Source: Squalus acanthias (taxonomy: Eukaryota). From it: a stretch of 64,000 nt of DNA. Positions 34,507 through 46,755 of this stretch are shown here, in pieces. Both the position numbers and the translations under genes were made by a program. Every line of letters starts with the position of its first letter. Within the stretch, counting starts at the first letter, position 1. A model generated the notes under the pieces. The model saw only the letters and a program-made list of their open reading frames with translations, ran no database searches and was not told where the DNA came from. The stretch is from assembly GCA_030390025.1 (NCBI GenBank), contig CM059438.1:69380001-69444000 (forward strand). The letters run 5' to 3'.

Positions 34507-35934
34507 AATCCGCGAGTGGGGAGTTGGTCTATTTGCCCAACTTCTGCCCAGCGAATGCCCGTGAAACTCTTACGTCTGGTAAAAACAGGTGTAAGGCCTG
34601 CTTTTACCAGTGTAAGAGTTTTACAAAAAGAGAAAAATAAAATTTTATCAATAATTTATAAATTTAAAAACCTGTGAAATAAGCTAAGTTTATTTTTAGC
34701 CCCTTTAAAACATGTAAATTTAGGGGGTGATTTTGCCAATGGGGGTGCGTTGGAGGCGGGACTGCTGCTTGGCAGGTCGATGTCCCGCCTCCATCGATTT
34801 GTGGCCAACCCACTCTATTTTCCCTTGATTGACCTTGTTAAGCCCGCCCAGCGGGCTTAGCAGGCCAATTAAGGGAAAGCCGATTGCAGAGAACGTCAGC
34901 GTATGACGTTTCATCTATTACAAAATTTTTGACAGATGAATTGTCATATTTTGACAGCTCTGTGAAACTGTCAAACACTGACATTCTCTGTAGTTTGATG
35001 AGCTCTTGAATTCAAGACCTCATCAAACCTCTTTCTTTTGCAGAAATGAGATGGCTGCTGCATTGGAGAATGCAACGGCCATCTGTCATCTCTACCGCGG
35101 AGATCAGAGACTCTCCGCATACCCATCGACTGAAGCCTGCAGGAAGAAACAAAGGTAAGTACACTTTTTCTAACACTTTGCACTTACCTCAGATACTCAC
35201 CTCTCCACACTTGCACCCATCACTTACCTCCACAGCACACTTTTGGACCCCTCCGACCCCCGCAGACCCACTACTCGCCGCGGTTACCCTGGCGGGGTTC
35301 GGAGCCTTCGGGAAGCCTGCACCTGTGTGGGCAAAATGGGGATAATCCTCTTATCTGCCTGTTAACTATCTGTTAACAGGCAGTTAAGTGGCTGTAATCT
35401 CTTCCCGCCTCCAAGGAGACGGGACCTGGCGCGGGACGGCTTCCCACCTCCTGGCAAGATGGCACAGAGGCGGGTTGGACTCCCGCCCCCAGATTCTGCC
35501 ATTTTCCCGGCAGTCCCGCCTCCCCAGGGCTGGCACGATCGTGCCCAAATTTTTTCAAAAAATTAAATTTTTGTTTTAAATATTTAATTAAATGCCATTT
35601 TAATTGATTTTAAATATGTGATGGTTTTTATTTATTTATTTGAAGTGTAGATATATTCTTTGGGGTGTTCCCATTCATACTTATGGGGTTTCTGTACATA
35701 CAGAATGCCCATAAGCATGAATGGGGATTCCCTTCTGTCATTCATTGGGCTGGCCCACATGATCCCAGGGGGTGCACATGGTTCACAAGCAACCCTGGGA
35801 CACGTGGACCTCTACCCGGGGGAGGCCTAGGACCGTGAGTTTCCGCACCTCCCGGACCACCAGGTAGGAGCGGATTTTATTTGCGGATCGGAAGCATTTC
35901 CCCGCGAGTAGCCTCCAACCGCAAATTCAGGGCC
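34507..35934 (-). mobile_element. Harbinger-type MITE family A, split by a nested family B copy
   Basis: Reverse-complement match to 44697-45340; TIR GCAAATTCAGGGCC ends at 35934. Confidence 0.8.
34723..35546 (+). mobile_element. Harbinger-type MITE family B (nested)
   Basis: TIRs GGGGGTGATTTTGCCA / TGGCACGATCGTGCCC; similar to 39355-40158 (reverse) and 42746-43554. Confidence 0.8.
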
Positions 35935-37092
35935 ATTGTGCTTTTATTAAATAGTGGGTTTTGGCTATGTAGACCATTCCAAAGCGCTTGTAGCAGCTGT
36001 ACATTCTGATCTCTTAAAGAGCTTCTGGCAATGCGTTTTTTTTCTTCTGGCACGAACAATAATAAGAGGACTCCTCCCTGCTTCTGACTTGCTTTATGCG
36101 CATCAGCCCTGCTGCATCAGGGTATCTGGCGACCCTAGTTGAAGTCATGCTGCCTGCTGCTCCAGCAAATCACTCTCCACTATCCACCATCGAAAAGCGC
36201 ACCTCTCCTTTAAGAGGCTGCCTTTAAGTGGTGGCCACTCTGCCAAATTTCCTGCCCTCCCAATCAGATGCGAGATGCCTATAGCGGGGGGGGGTGGGTG
36301 GGGGGGCATGATGAGTACTGGGAGCTTACTGCATTGGTCAGACTGATGCCCACGAAAATCGGCCCCTCTTTGTGTGTTATAATATTACGTCATGTTGCTT
36401 CACTCATTGAGCAATCTTAACATAGAGGAAAGGGACTTAATAATCTGCGAGTGTGCAGTTTGACAGAAGGAGTACATTTTTAATGAAAATCTTAATTCTG
36501 CCAAAAGTATCATTTTTAGGTTATTTTCAATGCCAGATCAAAATGTTATACAGTAATTGGTCAGTTTTGGTTTGAAGTCAGTTACCCTGTGGAAAAGTAG
36601 TTAGTGCTCTAAATCTTTTCAATAACTTAACTCATGGTTTGCAATGAAACTGTACAATTATTAGGTAGATTTTTGAGGGGCTCTGCTCCCTTAAAATCTA
36701 AATGAATGTAGATTAATATAATCACGTGAAAATCAGGAGTGCAGTGGATCAGTTGTGCTGACTGACCTCTATACCCGTTCACCAATGAGTGAGTGCTGCT
36801 GAGCCCTGAGCAGGATTTTGCCTGATTCTTTGATCTGCTGTTCCATTGAGCGCTGCTTTAATCACTGAAAAATTGGGACTGTCACCAATCAAGCAAACTG
36901 ACCTCCATGCCTGACACTCCGACCTGTGCTGCGTGCTAGAAACAAAGCCGTGCAAAATATACCCTTAGAAGTTTTTTACTATTTCTTCCATAAGCTAAAG
37001 TTTCGACTTTGAAATTCATGAAAAGTGCATATATTACTAATTGGACTTCAGTCTCTGCCATCAAACCCATCTTGTTTCTTAAATTGGAAACA

Positions 37093-38111
37093 CGGGTAAA
37101 TTTTCACCCCCAAAAACGGGTGGGTTTGGGTCGAGTGGGAAGTTAAAATTCAAAAAATTTCAAACCCGAACCAAACCCGCCCACTTGCGGTTGTAATGGA
37201 TGTCTGACGGTGGGCGGGTCGACCAACCCACTCTCAGGGGGCGTGTCTCTCATTTAAATATTTTAATTAAGCTGCGTGCCTAAGATTTTTTCTCTGTTCC
37301 AGCTTAAACACTGGCTGGCTGGGTTTCCCAGGCTTCGGGAAACCCAGCAGATGAAGGCAGGCGATAACTGCTGGATGGAACAGGTAAGTGCCTTTCCAGC
37401 ACTGCTTGTGGGCCAGGAGGAGCAAGAGTGCTTCCCCAGGCCCTCCAAGCTACCTTGCTAACCTCCCTAGCAACCGGACCCCCCCTCCTTTGTGATCTGA
37501 TGCCCTCCCAATGTACTTCCTGACCTGCGATCTCCTCCCCGTCCATCCCCGTGTTCTCCACGGCCTCCCTGCGATCTCCTCCATGGGCTTCTCGCAATCT
37601 TCTCCTCAGCCCCACCACCACCCCCCGCCCCCCTGCTGGCCTGATTTCTCCAGGCCATTCCATGATCTTCTCTGCTCCTCCCTGATCTTTCCAGGCACTC
37701 CATCGATGTCCTCCCGACTCCCAAACTCTCCGTGGCCCTCCCCCCACAGGTGTCCCCCACGACCCCCCCCGATCTCTCCCTGCCCTCACGTGATCTCCCC
37801 TCCTCCCCCAATCTCTCCGTGGGCCCCCCCACCCCCCATCGATGTCCCCCCCACCTGCCCACGATCTCTCCCTCCCTTCTCTCCGCTCCCCGGCTATGGC
37901 CTAGTGCCGCAGGCCTACCAGCCCAACAGTCAGCCTATTAATCTGGCTGGCTGCAGCCAGGAAATGGAATCCAAAAATAGTAATCAGGTCCAGCCGACCT
38001 GAGGGAAACCCTTCCTTACGGGTTTCCCAACGAGTAAACTGCCCCCCGCCCCAGCGTCCCCCCCTGCCCCCCACGCCACTCCCTCCTCGCCTCCCCGTAA
38101 ATATCCGGGCC
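37093..38111 (+). mobile_element. Harbinger-type MITE family C with a C-rich core
   Basis: Ends GGGTAAATTTTCAC / GTAAATATCCGGGCC; colinear with 49068-49884. Confidence 0.75.
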
Positions 38112-39354
38112 ACAGTCACCAACTGATTTTTTTTTTATTTGTAGATCCATCTTTTGTTACTTTTAATTTTGGTTTAATTTCGCAATTCATGTAATTTCCT
38201 GAATCAGAATCAATTTGCCCATTGTTTTGATCAGCAGTAAACCTTTGTTTAGGCCATTGAGATCCAATGGAAAAGCTTGAGGGTCAATGCAAGACCCTCT
38301 GCTGAAATCACAATGTTGCCATCTTACCACGGGCTGGTGTGCCTGCTAATGCTCTTGTGCTGCTGCCCAGAAGTTGTGAAGGCTCAAAGGGTTTTTTTCT
38401 GCGCCAAGCAATTTAAATAGTAGATTAGACAGCAACCTGCAAATTCTTCTGTGAATGGTTGAGTTAAAAATGAACCCTTCTTGGAAACACTCTTCTTATC
38501 CTTTCTAAACTATTGTAATATGTGCTAATTGTTATTGCTGTTCCGTACCGACCAGGTAAGCCCAAAGTTTTATCCCTGCTTTGAGTTGATCTCAGCTAGG
38601 GTTATGGTGGGACACCTGCCAGTTGGTCTTTGTGTCTCTAGGAAGGTGAAAAATCATTCAGGGTTCCTGCTGTGCAATGAGCCTCTAATGCTAAATGCAG
38701 AGGTGTGGAAGTGAAATGAGAAGAGGATTGGGTTTGAGTTTGGTGACTCCCACAACTGAATACCCTACCAGCACTCATGGCCTAGGCTCACACAGAAGAA
38801 TGGCTCCTTGGGCTGTTGCCACCTCTAGAACCTTGGAGGTGTGGAGGCGAGGAAGCAGTTGTCAATCCTTGAACGTAGAGGCTATCACACATCAATTGTA
38901 AGGAGCGCACTGGCCACTGATAATTAGTGGTGTCACAAAAGTGGAACAAAATTTCCTTGTGAGTTCCACAGTATGTATTCTGCAAATAAAATGGATAAAA
39001 GCATTTCCTTGAGTCTTGAATAGCCTGCCAATGCTCACCATCTAGATTCAAATCCGAAGTGTGGCCACTTAAGTGAGATGCTGGAAGATTGCCATCAACC
39101 AGAGAACCATAGCTCAGCATGAGCTGCTGAACAGAGAAGACATAAGGGGAGAGAAAAATGGCAAAGAAATAAATGAAATGAGATCAGTGAAACCTATAAA
39201 ACAAAGGGCTAGGTCGAAGGAAAGAAGCTTAGGAAATCGAGAGAGAAAAGTAGTAGCAGAAACCGAATTATTCAAGTTACGCAGGAGGCAAGAAGAGAAT
39301 AAGTGAAAGAGTAAAAAGAAAGGAACCCTTCACGTGGACTGGGGAATAAACACA

Positions 39355-40158
39355 GGGCTGGATTTTGTCAGCCCCGAGGAGGCGGGTATAGAGGCGGGAC
39401 TGCCGGTAAAGTTGCAGAATTTGGGGGTGGGTGGCAAACCCGCCTCCGTGCCCTCTTGCCAGGAGGCGGAAGCCATCCTGCCCCGTGTCCCGACTCCTCG
39501 AGGCGGGAAAGGGATTAAAGCCTATTAACTGCCTGTTAACAGGTAGTTAACAGGCAGAAAATAGGATTATCCCCACTTTTCGTTCTGAAGTGCAGGCTTC
39601 CCGACCTCGGGGAACCCCGCCAGGGTGTAGGAGACGAGTAGGAGGTCTGCGGGGGTCGGAGGGGTCTGAGAGTGCGATGTTGAGGTGAGTGATGGGTGCA
39701 AGTGTGGAGTGGTAATTATGTAAGGTGAGTGTAAAGTGTTAGAAAATGTTCACTTACCTTTGTTTCTGCCTACAGCCTTCAGCCGCTGTGGAGCCGGAGT
39801 CCCGACATCTCCATTGTAGAGATCACAGCCGGGTGATTTCTGCAAAGTTGAAAGGTTTGATGAGTCCTGAACACAAGCACTCATCAAACTACACAGAATG
39901 TCAATGTTTGACAGCTTCAGAGAGCTGTCAAACGATGACAGTTCTTCTTTCAAAAGTTCTTGACAGATGGCACGTCCTACGTTGACGTGCTCTGTCACTG
40001 ACCTCGCCCTAATTGGCCTGCTGAGCCCGCTGGGCGGGCTTAACAAGGTCAGTCAGGGGACAATCCCGCTGGTTGGCCAGAAGCTGATGGAGGCGGGATT
40101 GAAATCCGGCAAGCAGCAGTCCCGCCTCCAAAAGCTTCCCATTGAGAAAATCCAGCCC
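39355..40158 (-). mobile_element. Harbinger-type MITE family B
   Basis: TIRs GGGCTGGATTTTGTCA / TGAGAAAATCCAGCCC. Confidence 0.8.
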
Positions 40159-40694
40159 AAAGAAAATTGAGAGAAATTTGGACATAAGATGAAAGAGGGA
40201 AATTTGAGTCAATATGGTAGAAAAGCAGATGAAATAAAGAGGGGTCAGCTGTAAAATGTCTACATTTCACATGGACAGTCAATATTTTGGAGCCATTTTG
40301 TCCGCAGTAAAAACCAGTGTCACTGCTGGCTCTGCTTCTCACTGCCACTCGAACCCTTACTGCTGATTTCAGCCTTTTCCCTATTCAGTGCTCCCTGCTT
40401 CTCTCGGGGGCAGAGCTCCCCTGCACCCTGTGGAAGACAATTCTCGCAGTTGTTGTGGGTGTCCCCGGTCGCAGCATGCAGCAAAATTCCATCACCCAGA
40501 GTAGCACCAAGCAGCACCAGTCACAGCAGTCAGGGGTGGAAGGGAAGAGGGTGCCAACGTGAGCTGAGAACGGGAGGGAGGAGTAGAGTAATGGCATGAT
40601 CCGAGGAGGGAGGGAAGGAAGGGAGATATATATGCTAACAGAAACTGAGGCAGGAGAAGAGTGCCACCAAGAACTGAGGGGAAAGAGGAGGAGA

Positions 40695-40855
40695 TAAGTG
40701 TGTTTTCATGCCACTGTTGCACCATGCAAACAATTTTAAAACAACTAAATAGACTTAGCAACAGAGAGTTCCACTCCATAATATCCTGCAAATTCTTTGT
40801 AAGAAATTAAGGAAAATCTCCTTAATCTTTGTCACAATCTTTCATTATCTAAATC
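40695..40855 (+). repeat. 161-bp dispersed direct repeat, copy 1
   Basis: Near-identical to 58582-58742. Confidence 0.9.
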
Positions 40856-41989
40856 TTGGAATGTTGAGTATACATTCTTATATACAAGCTTGTGCAACAG
40901 GGCACTTTCGGTGTAATTACATGTATCTTTGAGTTGCCAACCTTTTTTCGTCTCCTTTTGCTAGTTTTCCAGGTTAACATTATGGTGAAATCAAAGCAAC
41001 GGTCACTTTGGTGGAGAGGAAATGTTAAAGAAGAGCGCCAGGATGTGACTGGGAGGTACCAGAGTCATAAGTGCAGGGTAAGGTAGAAGTATTGAAAGGA
41101 TAAAGAGATGAGGAAGGTAACAGAGAGAAATCAGGTTCAAAGTGAGGGAAACAATTATAAAAGTGCTATATTGTGAAAATAAAGAGTGGAGCACAATAAA
41201 AATCAGTCAACACCTAAAATTAAATTAAAATTAAAGAAGACTTCCTTAATGCCTGTTCAGTCATTTTCCAAATCTTGGCCAGAACTCCGGGAGAACGTCT
41301 TCCAACGGATCTGATTGGTTCTGTCAGCTCTAGTCCTTCCTTCCAACTGACCTGAATGGTTGGTTAAGATTGACAACATCCATTCGCGGTGGAAAAGGCT
41401 GATTTTTCGTGTGAAGTGTTGGCGAGCTAAAACCTGTTTTTTAAGTATTGACTGTCAGCTTAAAATGCTGATGGTTGGTGCATATGATTGATGCATTTAT
41501 AGCTCTGAAGCTCTGGGATTACAAAGAAGCAGTACTTAAAATAAATACAGCATTGTTGGTCAGTTTTGTTTTGCCTCAGCTGTTACAGGTAGAGCTTATT
41601 GTGTCAGTGTGTTGGACTCAGTGCAATTATGATTATTTCATTTTCTTTGGAGTTTCAGTTCAGTTGATGCAACAAGTCTCCAGAAGTTGCCATTGGAGTT
41701 AGATTTTGCAAATACATAGCATCAGTGTTTATATACTCCACATGCTAATGAACACACGCATCCAGTCATGAACGGGGTGATTGTAGTGTTGTATTTACTG
41801 TAACTGAGGGAAAAAAAGATTGATTTTTAGATTTAAAGTCCTTATACATGTGGTTTATTTTGTGAGAAACAGCTTTGTTCCAAAGATGACGGATTATTAT
41901 ATTTGTAATCTTCTGTTTCCATCTCATGCTGTTTTTCCTCGCTTCTCTCTCACCTACCATAACAAGATGTGCAGCAACTAAGTATTTCA

Positions 41990-42300
41990 GTGGAATAGAC
42001 ACTGGTATTTTATTTCTGGAATTTGGGTGAGAATCCAATTTGGGCTGAAGGTTTTTATTTGCCTGTTGGTTCTACGGGTTCTTATGTGAAATGAGATTGG
42101 CCATTTTCAGCTACAGTTACAAATGGGTGTGGACCACAAAACTAAGTCAGTTTGTCACCAATGCCTTCTCACTCGGAGGCCACAGGATGGTTGATATTGG
42201 TAATCGAAAGCTAAGACTGGGGCTGAGGCAGATTGTTAGGCAGAGTAGAGGGAGCTTTATATTGCATTTTACAGTTTGATCTGGGAGTGCTTGATGCTGA
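41990..42300 (+). mobile_element. LF-SINE-like element, decayed
   Basis: TATGTGAAATGAG, CACAAAAC and GGGGCTGAGGCAGATTGTTAGGCAGAGTAGAGGGAGCTT occur in the order I recall for the LF-SINE consensus. Confidence 0.55.
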
Positions 42301-42745
42301 GACACTGTGAGCCCAAAATGGCAAGAATGGGACTATTTGGATAGCTCTTTCAAAGAGCCGGCACAGACATGATGGGCCGAATGGCCTCCTTTTGTGCTGT
42401 ATCATTCTATGATTCCCTAAAATAACATCCCTCTGCTCGATTAACACAAAATTTACAATGGAAGATCATTGAAAAGTCACTCATTGGATGCTTTTGACTA
42501 AATTTTAACAAATCCTCACTTTCAGGGAAGGACCTATCCATACATATATGTGCATTTTAGCCATGAAACACCCCATCAATGTAAATGCAACGTGGCTGCT
42601 GTTACAGAGGAATCTTTGTAAAATTGTCAAGTGTATAATACCCAAAGTCAAATAGATTTTATCAAATTGAGAATAATAGAGCATTTTCATATACAAAACA
42701 GTATGGGTAAAATCAGCCACCATATGTGGGTGCATTCAACCCTTT

Positions 42746-43554
42746 GGACTGGATTTTGTCAATGGGGACGTGATGGAGGCGGGACTCCCACTTTTTGGGT
42801 TGTAGTCCCGCCTCCATCGACTTGTGGCCAACCCACTCGATTTTCCCTTGATTGACCTTGTTGAGCCCGCCCAGTGGGCTCAGCAGACCAATTAAGGGCC
42901 ACCCGGCAACAGGTGACGTCACAGATTGACATTTCATCTGTCAAGAGCTTTTGACAGATGAAATATCCGCGTTTGACAGCTCTGTGAAGCTGTCAAACAC
43001 TGACAATCTGTCCTCTAAGTTAATTCCTTCCTCTCAGGCTGATTTAGAGATCTCTGCAGAACAAAAAGCAAAGGCTGCAGCTTTTGACAGCTCAACGGCC
43101 ATTCTGCTTTCTGTGCCGGTGAGATTTCTGACTCCCGAGACCTGAAGTGCTGACACCTGCAGGAGGAAGTTAAGGTAAGTAAAACTTTTCCCCACACTTT
43201 ACACTTACCTCTGCACACATGCACCCATCACTCACCTGCCCACCGGACATATCGACCCCTCCAACCCCTGCAGACCCACGGTCCGCCTCGCTAAAACGGC
43301 GTGGTTCGGACCTGTCGGGAAGCCCACACTTCAGGGCTAAAAATAGGGATTAGGCAAAAAAACTGCCTGTTAACAGGCAGTTTATTGGCACTAATCCCCT
43401 TCCCGCCTTGGGGAGGCGGGTCCAGCACAAGTCGGGTACCCGCCTCCTGTGAAACTGGCATGGAGGCGGGATGGGTTCGGGACCCCCGAATCTGCTAATT
43501 TCACACCCCACACGCCTCCAAACCCGCCTCCACAGGCCGATGAAAATTCTGCCC
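42746..43554 (+). mobile_element. Harbinger-type MITE family B
   Basis: TIRs GGACTGGATTTTGTC / GATGAAAATTCTGCCC; colinear with 34723-35546. Confidence 0.8.
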
Positions 43555-44696
43555 AATGTGTGTGTGAGCCTAAATTCAACAGCATCTGCAATTTACAGAT
43601 GGAATCAGCCAGATATCAGTGGCTACTCTTTGCTGCCCTTTATCAATAAACACACTGGTTGCTATGACACAGAGGATGTCATAATGCTTCTGTTCTACAA
43701 TATATTATAGTTGAAAGGCTATACGAGTGCACGTAGGTGCCATATCTGCTGCTGATTCTGTCAGCTGATCCTGGCAATAGCAATCAGTGGTTAAAGCTAA
43801 GTAATTGCCATTTGTAAAGTGTGACCCTTAAACATAAGCAATCTGGATAGATAAGGTGTCTCAAGATGTCAGTGGCGGTTCCATTGGAAGTATGGGAAAA
43901 CATATTATTTTGTTTCCTCATTAAGTTAGGTCTATTGTCACCACTGTGCATTTTTCTGTCAAGTCTATTTATTTTGAAAATGTTCTAAACGTAGTAGGAA
44001 TGTAAAGTGAATGAGATCAGGGAATTAAACATGATGTGATTTCGTAAGTGAAGCCTTGTGGGTGAAATATTTAGCGAACGCATAAATCTCTCATCAAGAA
44101 ATCAAGAATGCGAATGACAAAATAGTACCATTAACAGAGAATGTAGCTGTAAATTACATTGTATTCACTGTATATTTATTGAAACTGCCTCAAGGTGAAA
44201 TAGACAGGATGGCATTTAGTACCAGGCACTGGCAAGATGGTAGTAGGTGGAAGTGTTGGGAGGTTTTGTTGAAGTCAATCTTTAGGGAAATTAGACATCA
44301 TCATGAAAATATATTCATTAAAATAAAATTAAATGCCTTTACCCTGAAGGGGTTTCAACTGTCAGGCCTTGATTAAACACATGAAATATTTATGAAAGTA
44401 TATCTGTTTCTGACTTGGTTTTATATGTGAAATTGTACATTGAAATGAAATTGTCATGTTGTTGAATCCCAGACTAAATCTGTTATGATTTAATATTGTG
44501 ATTTTATTGTTGGATATTACATATGGATATATTTTGCCAATAAATATATTCTGATGTGTGTTGGATGGGGTTTGCAGACAGCTCGGTGATCATGGTGATA
44601 TACTGAGGAGAAACTGTAAAGCAGTCAATTAGACACTGATATACCATCACTTTGCGAGGTGTGCTTTGATGCATGCCCACATACTTGATAGACATT

Positions 44697-46755
44697 GGCC
44701 CTGAATTTGCGGTCGGCGGCTTCCGGCGGGGAAATGCCTCCGATCCGCAAATAAAATGCCCGCATACCTGATGGTCCGGGAGGTACGGAGACTCGCAGTC
44801 CTGGGCCTCTCTGGGTACCCGCGGGAAGAGGCCCACGTATCCCAGGGGCACAGGCGGGTTCGCAAGCGCCCCTGGGATCACGTGGGCCGGCCCAGCGAAT
44901 TGACAGAAGGGAAGGGATCACATGGGCCGGCCCAGCGAATGACAGAAGGGAATCCTCATTCATGCTTATGGGGATTCTGTATGTTCGGAAACCCCATAAG
45001 CATGAATGGGAATACTCCAGAAAATACATCTACACTTCAAATAAATTTTAAAAAATCACATATTTAAAATGAATTAAAATGGCATTTAATTAAATATTAA
45101 AAACAAAAATTTAATTTTTTGAAAAATACATTTACATTTTTTAAAGGGCTAAAAATAAACTTACCTTATTTCACAGGTTTTTAAAAGTATAAATTATTGC
45201 TAAAATTTTATTTTTCAGTTTTTTAAAACTCTTACGCTGGTAAAAGCAAGCCATATGCCTGCTTTTACCAGGTGTAAGAATTTCATAGGCATTCACTGGG
45301 CAGAAGTTGGGCAAATAGTCCAACTCTCCGCCCGCGGATGCCCTTTTCCCACAGATGCGGATGATCTGTCAAGAAGATTCTTGGAAGAAACTTTTGAGCT
45401 GTATACAATTTGGAAGTGTTTGGAGTAAACTCTGTATCCACTGTCACTTCCTTGGAGCAAGCTCTTACCATTGACAGATCGCTTCTGTCATCTCAACTTC
45501 AGCTGCCATCTATTCCAGCAACATTGGTGGCCTTGGAAAAAATCTCACCTTGGTCTTCAGAATCCCAACACAATCAGCGCCAACACCAACATCACTGGGC
45601 ACACCAACATCCACACCTAACTTCTCCGCAATCAACTGATGCTGCACTGGACATAGGGCATCATTACCCGTGCACATTGTTGCCCGGGATGCCAGCGATG
45701 GCCTCACCATGTCCAGATTTGCTTCACTTAACACTGTACACCCTGGCTGCCACATGATGCACCAGGTTGGCAGCACCCCACACCAGCACCATAAAGCATC
45801 CCTACAATGTCCAAGCCATTCCTTCCACACTCATCACCATTGGTGGCGGGGCGGGGGGGACGTTATGTCTCACCATTCACTGCAACTCACTAAGCCACTT
45901 CCAAAGGTGCACAAAAATATGTCCAGGAATGCAAAGTGTTCAAAATAAAAATTTCAATGTTTGACAGCACAGTACCAGAAACTTCACATGACCATTGGAT
46001 AAACCACCCAAGTTCCTACCCTTCTTTATTCTTAGTTGGTATGCTTGCAGTAGGATGAGGGAGAGTGTGAGGGGTGGTTAGTGAGATGGGGAAGTGATAA
46101 TGTAGATAGAGAGGGATGGGTGGAGGTGCAAGGTAAGTTGGTGTGAGTAAGGATGTGCAGGAGTAGGGTAGGGAAGGCAGAGTGATGGGGATGTGATGAG
46201 TGGCACAGCAGGATGAGGTTGAGGGTGGCTTGGCAGTAACATTTTGTGATCTACCGAGATCATTGAAAGCTTTGTGCCACTGCAGCCTGGTCCTCCTGAC
46301 GACATCCCTGCTTGTGCCCTCCTGTGCAATGTGCAACCAGGCTGCGTTGGTGTCTTGGGGAGGTCTCTTCCGCCCATTGGAAGGGAAGAGAAACTCCCTG
46401 CGTGCTGTGACTCCCTCCATATGCTTATGGAGGGAGTCATGCGAGAGCCTGGGTGCAGCTGTGCACCCACTTTGTGCAGTGCTTGTCAGTGTTTGCAGCA
46501 CCTCAGTGCTGTAGAACACTGACAGCACAACTGTCAAAGTAAAGTCGGCCATGGTCCCATTAAGGAAACCGGCTGATGACGCGTCATCAAGTGACGTCAT
46601 CAGACCCGCTTCCTTTTAATTGGCCGGCAACCCCACAGGGCGGGCTTAACAGGCCCAATCAACGGAAAATCCTTTTTACAGAGCGGCTGCAGCCAGGAAC
46701 GGGACCGGAACCCGCCTCCCACCGCGATCCCGTGTCCGCTGGCAAAATCGCGGCC
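44697..46755. mobile_element. chimaeric Harbinger derivative: family A left arm fused to a longer element with a Myb/SANT gene remnant
   Basis: Termini GGCCCTGAATTTGC / GCAAAATCGCGGCC. 44697-45370 is family A, and 45400-46755 is colinear with 50950-52109. Minus ORF AAPRLSHDSL..MEGVTARREFLFP...AWLHIAQE...RRTRLQWHKAFNDL is Myb/SANT-like, the second Harbinger gene. Confidence 0.78.

Noticed and set aside
35046..35090. EM...LHWR.Q resemblance to astrotactin exon 2
   Set aside because: It lies inside a multicopy MITE and lacks WLENG; reported only as a cryptic exon.
37304..38002. Pro/Gly-rich ORFs (also 49271-49793 and 58123-58639)
   Set aside because: They arise from C-rich low-complexity MITE cores.
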